DNA of 64,000 nucleotides, from contig OZ281500.1 in the NCBI GenBank assembly GCA_965637545.1, forward strand, positions 6,572,001-6,636,000, in the 5' to 3' direction. The notes under the pieces were generated by a model. The model was given only the letters and a program-made list of their open reading frames with translations. It made no database searches and was not told where the DNA came from. Positions 26,901-48,100 of the stretch are shown piece by piece; the first letter of the stretch is position 1; each line of letters begins with the position of its first letter. This DNA is from Phallusia mammillata. Its lineage: Eukaryota. A program made the translations under genes and the position numbers.

Positions 26901-29889
26901 AATGCATGTTTCAGGTTCATAATAACAACTCAAGTGGAAAAACGGCTTACCGTGTGCTTGATGGAGAAAATCAATGCACCAAATTCCCACATATAGTTTT
27001 GTGAGCAAGCCTGTGAATGTCAATTTGTAGCATCAGGTAAACTATCTTAAATTGGGGTAACATTCAACTGCCAACGACGATCAATGTGTAGAGAATTTAT
27101 GTTATTGGATTTGTAAGGATTGGAATTCCTATAGTATTTTTTTCACTATGGAGCGTTGCCCTTTTCCACAAATTCGTCTTTGAAGCGTAAAGCCTTTCAC
27201 AGCACATTCCTTATGGCACTTTGAAGCCTTGAAATAAGCTTAATTACTCGCCTGGGCGGCGGTGCCTTGGGATCTGGTTGCGCCACAAGCGAGCTAAAAA
27301 ACGCCGCGTGCCCTTAACAATAAGACGTGAAGTGTGCTTATTTCTGCTTCAAACCATTCGGTGTGGGTACAAGGGCTAATCCCAGAAACCCCATCACCGG
27401 CACGCTATGCCAAAGGTCTTGGCCGTGAGATTCGCTGTGGAGGTTGTTCCGTCTTACTTTGCCCCTCCACCAGCTCCGTCATTGACCTGGGCCGAGCTAA
27501 GAACTCGATGACACTTGACCGCTCGTCGAAACAGTAAGATGAGACTTACAGGAATGTCCGCCTCATTGCACGGTGCTTTCTACGCGGATTAACCGTTTGC
27601 GCGGTTCGGCCACTAGACAGCTATCTATTGCATAACGCCAGTCAAGTTTTAAACGCCCTGACTTCTGTAAGGCACGATACTAATGCCCTTTGAGTGTTGC
27701 AAACATTTATCTTGATGTTTTCGGAAAACATATCCACCAACATATTTTGAAAATCTTACAATCCAAACATTTGTTTCTCTGTAAAACATTATTACCCATT
27801 ACCTGCGGAAAGGATTGCAGTTCTTTCATTTCGGCCAACCATGGAACAGACAGCAAGAACAGCTGGACCAGCTTTTTCAAGTCACCAGTTAACCTATCAA
27901 GAATTAGTGGCAACCCTTATCAACATGTGTGAGATTTACTGAACTGGCTTGCTTCAGTATCAGCAACAAACCAAAGCGTTGCCGCGTCAGAATTGATTAG
28001 ATTGCGCCACAGGTGGATTCTGGCGGCAAAATATTTGAAGTGTGGTCCCTGCAGCAAATCGGTTGAATAATGTTAACTAATGGGGATACTGTATTTTATT
28101 TTCATTTTGGTTTTCACGGGGGTCAAACCCAGGACGCTCTAGGCGTCTAGGGAATGAATCCCGATCAATGTTTTTTTGCATCTGTATGTGGGCCAGACGC
28201 GCCGGAACGTTTCGGCCAAGTTCCTAATTGATGACCTGTTTTGAGGAAATTTAAAATCTGACGCCATTACACAATGTACTTGCGCCACCAAACGACACCC
28301 CTGAGCCAAGCACGGATAAAAACCCAACACTCAATTTTTTTCGGTTACAAACTATTTCAACAATACTGTCAAGAGAATAAAGTGATGTCAAACAAAAACT
28401 AAGATGTGTTTTCGTCAGTAACTTAAACTCACATCCTGGTTGGAAATCACCAAAACCGATCGGATGGCGCGCGACGTGCTGAATTCTTTTATTGCTTGTA
28501 AACGTTATCCGAGTGTAAAGCAAAACACGAACGTCTCCTCCCACGAACATAAAGGCGATGGGAAATTTATCTTGTAACTTCTATTGACAACATGTTGTGA
28601 TAGCAGCCGCACGGGCACCATTATGAAATGAATAGCGACTGCACGGCAAAATAGTGTCAAGTTACCGATCAACTAAACCCGTCTGCCAGATGTGTAGTAC
28701 GTGATGAGTAACCAAACGCACTTCGCAAAGAAATGATAAAAGATACCTGTGTTACATTTTTTACTGCCGTTTATTAACATAACATTGCTGTTCCATAAAC
28801 AACTATTGCTCCTCCAGCAGCTTTATTGTAAATTATCGACGTTTTGACGTCCCATAGTTTTATTGTTATTCTCTGTTACGACGCTATAGCGAATTATCGG
28901 AACGACGATACCACACGTGGTAAATAAGCTCGTAGTTATTAAAATGGTTTGGATTTCCGGCTGGTATATCTGCTCTGCTTGTCTTTTATGGTTTTTACTC
29001 TTTAATTGTTCCCGATTGTAGGACAATAAAAAGCTGTTACACCTTTACTTAGACAAACCTATTCATGGCCGTTCAAGGTGCATTTTGTATGATTCAGTAT
29101 TTTTGGCACTTCATGAGAGCACTGAAAAACTAATCTTTTTCCACTTAACCTAGAAATCCCGTCTGGTATGCCTTTGCCCAGGTGTAGTTTCACATAGGCT
29201 GTTTCTTTGATCATTTACCACGCCTAAAATCACTCCAGTGCTGATGTAAACAAATATAACACCGAAGTGCTTTAGCTCCCCTCGCATTTCAAAGCGTGTT
29301 TACGATATCTATGTTCCGGATATCTTATTTTAAACATGAGACTATACGGTTCGGTTCACTTAAAATCCCATTGGTGGAGAAAGCGCCTTTGACTGCTCGG
29401 CTTCTAAGATACGGGTCTGTTCGTATGTAAGTTATTTTTACATCCTCGACGGGTTAAGGACTAATCGGAGGCTTTAGGTTGAACTTCCGCTGCAGGACAA
29501 ATGCGAACGATTTTGCCATCACTCGCGCTACTTTGTTCCGCTACACAAAGCCTTATGGTTACCGTTTTATACCCCGTCTGGTAAAGTGTTATGTGGGCAC
29601 ATTTAGAGCTTCTGGTGGAATGAATTTTTAGATCAACAGAGCAAATAGATGACCAGGCTATTCGCTAACAGGTAAACCCAAGTGGTTTAGTTGTCATTTC
29701 CATTTTTATAGGCAGTGATGATTAGGATAACACCTTGCCGTATATTTTTAACAGTTTGACGACTATGTAAATAGATTTTTCGGAGTAAATTTAGCAAAAG
29801 CATGCCACAGGTGACCCATTGAATTATAAAGTTTTTTGTTTCATTATTTTTCTCAGGTTTGGTTGTTGTTGGTGGATTCCAGATGACAA

Positions 29890-30260
29890 ACTACATTTAA
29901 AACCGCGCTTGGAATTCACGCGACCTGTTCACGCGCAAACTGCCAGAACCAAATCAACACGTCCAGGTATCGCGTGTCGCCCTAACAGAATTAGCCCCGC
30001 CTAACCTAATCAACGACAACAAAGCAAAATTAAACGCGACTCGATACGTGTTTCTCCACCACAATGCGAGAAAGCGGACTCCCATAGTAGAAGCCTTTTC
30101 AGTGGGCGGCCGAGGGTTGGAATGTTGTCTGTTAACATGTTGTTTTTTCGTCGTACCAATCTGATTGGGAGGAGAAACAAGCAACTGGAAACGCCCTTTG
30201 ACAAGTCATTGTTCTTCGTGTTTCCCAAGCTGATCATTTAACACGTGGTGAGGCGAGAGT
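29890..30260. promoter_or_regulatory. Promoter/enhancer-like CpG-rich patch
   Basis: Repeated CACGCG, GGGCGG at about 30104, interrupted inverted repeat CCAATCTGATTGG (30156-30168), and an E-box CACGTG at 30242. Confidence 0.3.
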
Positions 30261-31184
30261 GTTTGGAATACACAGCAGGATTGATAATAAAACGAAATTG
30301 ATTTTTGACAAACTGAGAACCAAGCAAACATGAAAGCTATCACATTGCGCAAGAGAGGCATAAGATACCGTCATCGATATGTTACACCTACGACATTATC
30401 GACTATTCAGGTCATCAGTATGATATTCTAGAAATCACTAACAATTTCTGCGGATGACGTACAATTGACTAGGTGAAATGAGTTTTACCAAACAACGCAG
30501 CAACACAAGTTAAAAATACGCTTGTCTGATATGTGATTCTGTACACCTACTTTTCACCAAATTAATTACGATATGTAGGGTGGAGTTACCTATAACCGTA
30601 GGGTATATACACAAAAATATATCACGTTTACTTTAGGGGCTGTGGAAGGCTGGTGGACATCGTTTACTTAGTCCAAACCGTTTACAATTACCACAAACCA
30701 GGACAACGTAACTGCTTGAAGGAAAGTGCTTAAAACATGACTGTGCCTGTTAAAGTGGAATATGTCTCGAACTGTATGGCCAAGAAACAAACAATACCAC
30801 TTTTAGTTCTAACCTTTGTGTTAAAGTTTAAATGGGATTCACCTTTTTATATGACATTTGTCAAACATGTGTATTTTGAAAGTGAAACCGCCGACTTCAA
30901 AACAAGAAGTAAACAAACGTAAATTCAAGAGTTATAACTTTAAGAGGGTAAGAACCCAAAGATAAAGTTTCTAGGTAGTTTTTTTAAGGAACTTGTTTTA
31001 GATAACATAAATGAACCAGACATATTTTGAAAATAGGTATGTACACGTGGTGACTATTTGATACTTTCTTTTTTACACAAAAATACGTCCAAGTTTATTT
31101 GGATACAAACGCAAGGACGCGATTAATAAATATAAAACATCACAGTACGATAACAGTGCAGTAAAAGTTTGGATTCCATCACAA

Positions 31185-39466
<8,282 letters not shown>

Positions 39467-39899
39467 GGTTCCCTCCAGCAAAATGGACCCTCGGTATACC
39501 TCAAATTTTTACTTCACGACTGCTAGGTTATGGCCAGTATCTGACAATAAACAGAATTTAAATTCCTACGTGAATATGTTTTGCGTTTAGATTTCATTTA
39601 ATATTCAGGTCACCAACTTGTACCATCTAACTGCAAAAGTGCACATGTTCGTTTACATTGATATATATTTACTCCAGTATATTTGATGACATTTCTCCGA
39701 AAGCACAGGAATAAATTTCGAGCAGATATATCTAAGATTTTCCATCTAACTCTCAGTAAATGTAAAACAAATTTGCGTAATAAACCCAATACTAAAAATG
39801 ACTCCAAGAGATTAAAGAGCAATCTGCTTTGCCTCATATCTGAAGTCCCGTCATATACACACATCAGCAAGCAGCTTTTTCAACATCACAGTATCATTT

Positions 39900-40260
39900 T
39901 CCTAACTTACTCTGGGACCGTTTATCGAAGCAGCGACAAACTTCTGATCAGCCTTCAAATGCGTAATGATTCCTGGAGCTGCCAATCGAACGCTTCTCAA
40001 ATTTGACGTCTGCACTTTTCATGCGGCTTTGCTTGCGGATTAAAACCTAATCAAGATCGCTGCGAAAGATAATTGCGCAATTCCGGGCGGCTGACTTTGG
40101 TCTGAACGTTTGCCACAGGATCGATGTAGCGCGAAGTGCAAGATTTTTACAAACTAGGAATCGATGCGTTCTACAGCGTTGCGCTTTTTTGGAATTCAAC
40201 GCCAAATCGCGTCGCGGGAATAAACCCTGCATGAAGCGGCGCGCTTTTGTAATTTGTTTG
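39900..40260 (-). promoter_or_regulatory. Probable promoter region of the GluA gene
   Basis: CpG-rich patch about 0.45-0.8 kb upstream of the ATG at 39466. Contains a perfect 12-bp palindrome AATTGCGCAATT (40071-40082, C/EBP-type consensus) and GGATTA at about 40037. Position and composition only; no TSS data. Confidence 0.4.
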
Positions 40261-40857
40261 CAAATTATTGTTCGCTAAAATGTCTTAATTTTGAAGGGGA
40301 AACGTAAGTCCTGTGAGATTTGTCAAGGCAGTATCGTTTAAATTACAATACAATCAAGTGGGTCAAAACGATTTGACTCTTACTTATTGGCAACTAATGT
40401 TGTTTATAATGTACATGCACGCGAAACAAACAAACATTTTTTAGCAATACTATCATGGGAAATATTTAACTTATATCCTACTATCAAATTTTTTTTGACT
40501 TATTTTTATTAAGTTGTTTTAGTTTACAACACCTAATTGGCTCTGAGCGTTTAAAAAATGAACATAATCACATCGATGATAAGTTTTCAAGAAAATCGGT
40601 CGGATTTGTTTTGCGGTAAAATGTAAATTTCAGCACATGCATTGTGGTTTTTAGACACAAAGTATACATCATCCACAGCCACCAAACCCAAATTAACACA
40701 TAAAAAATATACTTTGATTTATGGTTTGAAAGTTAGACGGCTTTTGCCTCCACAACTGTTATTAGCAATTATACCAGCTGCTTATATATACCATAAGTGC
40801 AGCAATGTTGGAATGTAAAATAGCCAACAGTTATAACAAAGACATTAACTGTATTTG

Positions 40858-43800
40858 CTACTGGGCAGGTTGTGCATCTGAAACTTGCAAAGGTTTCAAC
40901 TCCGTATTCTCAGCATTTTTGTTCGCCACTTGTGGAACACCAAAGCGAAAAAACTCGCGGACCTTGTGAGGAAGGCATTTGTTGTCAACAAACGGCAGAA
41001 ACAATACTGGATTAGTTTCCGAGGGCTTGTTGGCTCCTGTACAACATTTAAATAAGTCATCGATATTCGAAACAATGGGAATATAGGAAATGATATTTAC
41101 CAGTGGCAAACGAAACAACCAATCCAACCACCAAGGTTACCACAAACGACAGCACTCCATAGTAGAAGTAAGATACAGCAAAAAGTGTGTTTTGCAACGT
41201 TGATCTAAAAGTAATTTGCTTCGTCGCTAAAATAACAAACACAAAAATATGCCACAAACGAAAGGCCACATTACCACCTTTCAGGTGCAATCATAAAAGG
41301 AGTCGTGGAGACAAAAGATTGATTGGTTGTTTCTGGTAACCAAGTCACTTTTGACAACAACGCTTCAGCCTGGCACTGGTCGGTAGATGTCGCTATAAAC
41401 GCGTATTTCTCTAGTGGTTTCCCGTATATCAGAGCACCGGCTGAAATCCAACATGCAAACACAGTGGCTGCGACTTGACCCACTGCGGCACCCTGAAAAA
41501 AAATAGTTCGGCGATGGGCAGAATAATATCAAAACCCCATACAGCTGTATATATGTATTGTATGACCAATGTAGATTTTTATAGCCGAAATGGCACATGT
41601 TAAGAACCGCTTGTTTTAGGCACTGTTACACAAAAACAAATACGGTACCTACATTCTTTACATGATATTAAAGAAGCTTCCAGGCAGGACAACACGATGT
41701 TTTAACAACATCTATTATAACTTACAACAGTTGTGCACCAAGGAAAAAAACAAGGCGAGTGTAAAGACTCCCAATATTGGACCAGCGATTGACCCGGTTA
41801 AGATGAGACCCAGCTGGTTGACAGTGGCGTCAATAAATTCAATGGAGAACGCGTATGACATCACCAGGACTCCGTAAATGAAAACTAAAAAAGTAGCTTA
41901 TTGCGCATCATAATAAATAATAGTATACCACGCCCTTAAAGGTGTAATACCGAATCATGCCGGTCACCCAAGCATTCCCACATGACATGGACGCTTCAAG
42001 GCTGATAACAGTATGAATGTTTTAATCTTAGCAATTCATAATAACAATACCATACTATATATAACGATTTATATAATATAATACAATCAACTATTTCCAT
42101 ATTGAAGTCGCCCTGATTTGGACGCTGCTTCGGTACTTAAGTAAAATGTAATTCACTCAATAAAAAATATGGAGACAATATTTTCAGTTAAGACGTTATT
42201 ATAAAAGGCTGGTTTTTATAATAAACCAGTAGATCAGCCATAGACTTTGGTTTGGTCACAAACTGATGAAGCCAACCTGAGATTTTACTGATACGTAACT
42301 TGGTGCGTTCACTGAGGTTAGGTTTCCATGGAAGAATAAAATCTTCCAAAATAAGCGCCCCGTTTGCATTGATTCCAGAAGATATTGTGCTGGAATTAGA
42401 AAAATATTACAATATTAGCTGTCTTACAAAAAAAATAATTACAAAAACAACAATACCAAAATTATACCACTTTGACCAAAAAGGTGTATGTCTCAACGCA
42501 GGCGTTATTTTAAAAAAAACGGACGGAACAGTAATTTACCTCATAGCTCCACTGAACGCCGCTGATACAAAGAGACCCGCCATTCCAGGTACATTCCTAA
42601 AAATCTTAACCACCATATATGGCAGCAGTTGATCTGGTTTTTCAATTTCTCCAGTTTTCAGTGGATCGCAGCCTTCAAAGTACGCGTACATCACACATCC
42701 AATCAATGCAGAAAGCGAGAAAAATATAACAGAAGGAACGATAGACAACACAGCAGCTCTGCACGATACGTAAACAGTTTTTAAGTGACTGTTCACGCTA
42801 AAACCTTAATATGATGCAAACCACAGCAATGTTGAGGATATAACTAGTTTGATTTAACTAATAGAATTGAACGCACATGCGAGTGTGCTTTACGGATTTG
42901 CACGCCAAGTAACGCTGGCTGATAGATTGAGTGATACAGCTCGCTCTGCACCAAAGGAAAGTTTGACCAATCACTATCGACCAGATGGTATAAGGATATG
43001 TTGGATCCAAGTTAAAACTGAAAAAGTACAACTTAAAAACGACTAGGAGGCTTTACTTAAAAAGAAAAGTTCTTTTTAAAGTAAGTTTGCAATAGCATTC
43101 GTTATTGATTCTCACTGGATGTTAAAACACAATTTTTCAATTGAGTTATTATTGCTACGTGAATTACGTCATCAAGGGATTTATGCGATTACGTAAATTG
43201 TATTGTAAAGCTAATTATGCTTTTTAGCCAATTGTGCGATTAAGGGGATTATTCGATTAGAAGAATTATACGTTGTCAGTGTATCCCAACGTGGGGGATT
43301 GATTTTTTAGAGGGATAATTGAGGTTTAGCTCAAAGGCACCTTGTTTTGTAACTGAGGTAATGCGAAATTTTACATACTTAATGGCGTTATGTCTGTTTC
43401 CTCTTTCCAGTGCATCCCACACATTTGTAAATCCCCCGACATCGCTTGTGGATTTGATGAAAGCGGCCACCATGCCAGCCAACATTACAAAAGTCTGTAA
43501 CGTATCGGTCCACACAACCGCCTTCATTCCTCCCTATCAAACCCAGCATCGTGAAAAAAAAACAGGATGCAAGCAAGTATTGTTATAACAATCTTCTTGC
43601 AATTTTAGTTCAAAGTAAAAGAAATTCTCGATAATGCGGATTTTTTTAAAGAATGGTTGCAAATAATAATAAAACTCTTTTCGCAACAAAAAATAAACAA
43701 ACCGAATTCTTTATACCATGGTTGTATAGAAAATGCAAATCACACTGGTGAGACCAATGGTCGTGCGAAGGCTTAGTGGTGTCACAGCGCTCAGTGCCAA

Positions 43801-44231
43801 TGCTGGTAGATAAGTTGTCATTCCGTAATACAAGGTCTGTATAAACAATAAAACATGTAGTCAGCCTAAATGAATTTTTTGCCTGATCTTTTACCGGCAG
43901 ATCTGCGATAAATTTGCTGCTTAAAGCACAATTCAATTACCAACTGGTAAACAAATAAACTTAAGACAAACTTTACAATCAAAGATATAGATTCAGTTTG
44001 AGTTTTGTATCATAACACCAGTTCTTTGCTGTTGATAACGCGTGGTTAACTGGGTAAAATGCATCATTAGCCAACAATAAGGACAAGGTTGTAAATAATC
44101 TGTATGTAAACCGACAAAAATTTGTTTAATTTGTAGATTTAGAGATGTCGGGGCCGTTGACTTACCAAGGAGAGAATTGATGCACTAGAAACCAGTAGTC
44201 GCAGTTTGCGATGATAACCAGATCTAACAGC
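40858..44231 (-). pseudogene. SLC5 (SMCT/NIS-like) sodium:solute symporter, 5'-truncated copy 1 (exons 4-13 only, one +1 frameshift as assembled)
   Basis: Exons collinear with the intact paralogs: 44231-44166 (weak acceptor, diverged 5' end), 43836-43717, 43533-43379, 43017-42877, 42758-42540, 42389-42277, 41884-41726, 41492-41278, 41204-41101, 41036-40858. Exon 10 is 159 nt versus 158 nt in both paralogs because of an A7 run at 41744-41750 (A6 in copy 2). No homologue of exons 1-3 is visible between 44232 and the 3' flank of copy 2. Confidence 0.75.
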
Positions 44232-45131
44232 CTTCCTTAACGCAATTTTACGTGCTGTACCGATCGTGGTACGTTGCCTACTGCATTGTCACACAAAACG
44301 TCTCATTCAGCTTCTTTGAAAAAGTTTTAGGACTTTTTTACGTTGCTGCCTGACCATACACTAAAGAAAATGTATCGAGCTCCAATTGCAGTGTTGCTTT
44401 TAGCCATGAACCACCTTTCAAACTTAACATTTGCTAAATGAAACCTACAGAAACAATAGTGCGACTGTATCTGATCATATGTTAAACAGTTTTTTGACAG
44501 CAGTGTAGTGCAAGCAGGGCTGCATTTACTACATGCATTGTAACTTGCCTTTAGCTAGTTAGGTTATCTAGATAGATATGTTATCGGGATTAGTTTTAGG
44601 AAACCAATACGACAGAAATGGGCAAAAATGGTAATACTCATACGGCAAGGGCGAGAAAATAGATTTTGTATTAGGTTCAACCAAATTGACAAGGCAATTA
44701 CGTTCAAATTGAAATGCAACTTTTGAATAAAACATTTACTGGTACAACGCGCTATCAAACAATACAAATATTTTTTCTTGGAAACAAATACCCACCAAAT
44801 CTTTTTTACCTATTCCAATTTTTTTGAACTGTTGACATCAAAACAAGGTTATTACTCAATTGGTTACGCATATCTCTTTTAGGTTTGCAGGAAAATGTCA
44901 GCACAGGTATTCAGGTTCTCACAGACAAGAGGATGGAGTACACTATCCACAACCACTTAACCCTAATGCACACGAAAAAAAAAATTGGTGTAATTTGTCA
45001 AACCATACGGCTTTAAAAGTCGCATCTAATCAAGATAATAAGGCCCCAATCTGCAACTGCTTTCAGTGCAATTTTGTATTATAAATGTAGCAATACTGCA
45101 GTTTGAAATGAAAAGACATCGATTATGTTTG

Positions 45132-48100
45132 CTAATTGGCAAGTTGTGCATCTGAAACTTGCAAAGGTTTCAACTCTGTTTTTCCGGCATTCTGTTCGCC
45201 ACGTCGTGGAACACCAAAGCGAAAAAACTCGCGAATCTTTGGAGAAAGACGCTTGTTGTCAACGAACGGCAAAAATAAATCTGGATTCATTGCTGAAGGC
45301 TTGTTGGCTCCTGTACAACATTTAAATAAGTCATCGAAATTTGTAACGGCGGGAATGGAAACGGATTTTTACCTGTAGCAAATGAAACAACCAATCCAAC
45401 CACCAAGGTAACTGAAAACGATAGCACCCCATAGTAGAAGTAGGATACAGCAAAAAGTGTGTTTTGCAACGTTGATCTAAAAGTAATTTGTTTCTTTTTG
45501 ATAAAAAAATACACAATCAAATACAACCCAAGCCATAAAATGATTGATTTATTTAAACCTTTCAGGTGTAATCATTATAGGAGTCGTGGAGACAAAAGAT
45601 TGATTAGTGGTTTCTGGTAACCAAGTCGCATTTGACAACAACGCTTTAGCCTGACACTGGTCGGTAGATGTCGCTATAAACGCGTATTTTTCTGGTGGTT
45701 TCCCGTATATCAGAGCACTGGCTGAAATCCAACATGTGAACACTGTTGCTACAACTTGGGCAACTGCCGCTCCCTGGAAAACAAATGTTTTACTAAGACT
45801 ACTTATACGGTTTATTGTAACCTTACATCAATGTATAATGCCATTCTCCAAAGCGTGGGAAAAACGAATAAGTCTTTTCAGAAACAATTAAATACTAACT
45901 CAAACAAAATGTAAATGTAAATGAAGTATTTTTGCCGCAAGCGCCTTTCGCCCGCATCTATGCATTGTATCTTCTATGCTAAGAAACTAATGCATTGTCT
46001 AGATATGCCCTATTTTAATATACACAAAGAGATGGGGAACAGCCCACGTTAAGAACCTTTGGTTTAGGGTTTTGACACGGGTAAGAAAAAACGAATTCAG
46101 TACCTAAATTTCATTACGCAATAGAACGGAGGCAACAAATTTCACAACTTACAATGGTTGTGCACCAAGGAAAAAACACGGCAAGTGTGTAGACTCCCAG
46201 TATTGGGCCACCGATCGAACCAGTTATGACGAGACTCAGCTGGTTGACAGTGGTGTTGATAAATTCAATAGAGAATGCGTACGACATCACCAGAACTCCA
46301 TAAATGAAGACTAAACAGGTAGTTAATGTTTGTAACAGATCAATAATATAACAGTTGCGTTTTTAGGCGATATCCAGCCCAGAAGTTTTAATCGGGCCGG
46401 GCTTTTCGGTTCGGGTTCGGGCTTAATTAGTATAAAATTAATTCAAGCCCGACGTCACGCCAGGTCAAATTTGTAAGGTTGTTTTCCGTTGGTAAGTTTT
46501 GAGACTGTTTTTAAAAGTTCAGGTTCGGGTGCCAATTTCAAGTCAACTCTAAACAAACCGATATTGTTGGTACCAAAAAAACCACCTCTATTTCAAATGT
46601 CATTTTAATGAAGGAAAAAAGTCTGCACATATTCAAATTTTAAAACTTATTTTGTTTTACAAAATTACAATTCTGAAACATGGGCATATAGGAGGCTAGC
46701 CTCCTACAGCTGTAGGCAAAACCACACCGCAGTGTGATAAAAGGTGCTTGTTACGACTTACATAATCTTATATATTGGCTTATGTAATCTCATACAATGA
46801 CAGATATAATCTTATATAAGGACTTATATAATGTAATGTAATCACTTAATGTCACCTAAAAGTCGCCCTGATATAGAATCTGCTTCGTCAGTTAATGCAA
46901 CTCACGAAGTTCGATATTATTATATTTGCAATAAACAGTTACATCACACATGAAACAATTTCAAACTAATTGCTTTAAAATGGATTGGAAAACTCACAAG
47001 CAACAAAAAGCAACTATCAAGTATAAGTAGTTGCTTAAAACAGTTAAAAACTAATATAAAACAACCTGAGATTTTGCTGATACGTAACTTGGTCCGTTCA
47101 GTGAGATTAGGTTTCCAAGGAAGGATAAAGTCTTCTAAAATAAGTGCCCCGTTCGCATTGATTCCTGACGATATTGTGCTGTAGTTTTAAAATAGATTAA
47201 AATATAAGAAAGCTGTAAAAACGCAAACCACTTAAATCAAAATTCTTTAGACAAGACATCTCTAAACGAGACTGTCTAAACGCTATGTCAACATTAAGCA
47301 GTCATAGTGTTTGGGTCGAAGCAATGTTTACAAAAACAGATTTTATGTTTTGTTAAACAACTGAAGCGATCACTGTTAAACTAAGGAAGACCTATCTTTG
47401 TGCAGACTTATCCTAGTACAATAATTCACCTCATAGCTCCACTAAACGCCGCCGATACAAAGAGACCCGCCATTCCAGGTACATTCTTGAAAATCTTCAC
47501 CACCATATATGGCAGAAGTTGGTCGGGTTTTTCAATTTCTCCAGTTTTCAGTGGATCACAGCCTTCAAAGTACGCGTACATCACACATCCAATCATCGCA
47601 GCCATGGAGAAAAAGATAACAGAAGGAACGATGGACAACACAGCAGCTCTGCAACATGTTTTCACGTTGAAAAACCGTAATCTTTTTTATATTATTTAAA
47701 CCAGTGGTTCCCAACCAGGGCCCATGACCTCCAGGGGGGCCATGAGTTGTGTTCGGGGGGGCCACAGGCGTAGATTCACAAGAAACACCCACTAGTCATT
47801 TTCACTTTAACTTTATTCCCGAATTTAATCGACTATTTCACATACCATTTGTTTATAGTGAGGTTTATCACGCTCATTTACTCTATTAGACCTGTTTAAG
47901 GCCAAAATTAATACCGTATCCCAACGCGAGATTGCTATCTACATTTTAAGGGGCCACAGGTCCTACATGGTAACTTGAAGGGGGCCACGAGGCCAAAAAG
48001 TTACTTTAAGGGGGCCATGGTCCACGAAACGTTGGGAACCACTGATTTAAACCAAAGCAATGTAACTAATTGTCAAACAAACGCACATGCGAGCGTGTTT

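Noticed and set aside
27620-27720. miR-124 precursor gene
   Set aside because: No complementary arm on either side of the miR-124-like 20-mer, so no pre-miRNA hairpin; kept only as a possible target site.
27803-28050. Minus-strand exon candidate (LILDRLTGDLKKLVQLF...FPQ|gtaatg)
   Set aside because: The donor is good but the acceptor is weak, upstream frames contain stops, and no homology was recognised.
39610-39870. Hydrophobic ORF (MRQSRLLFNLLESFLVLG...) as GluA exon 1
   Set aside because: A better in-frame signal peptide starts at 39466, contiguous with the mature N-terminus, so no extra coding exon is needed.
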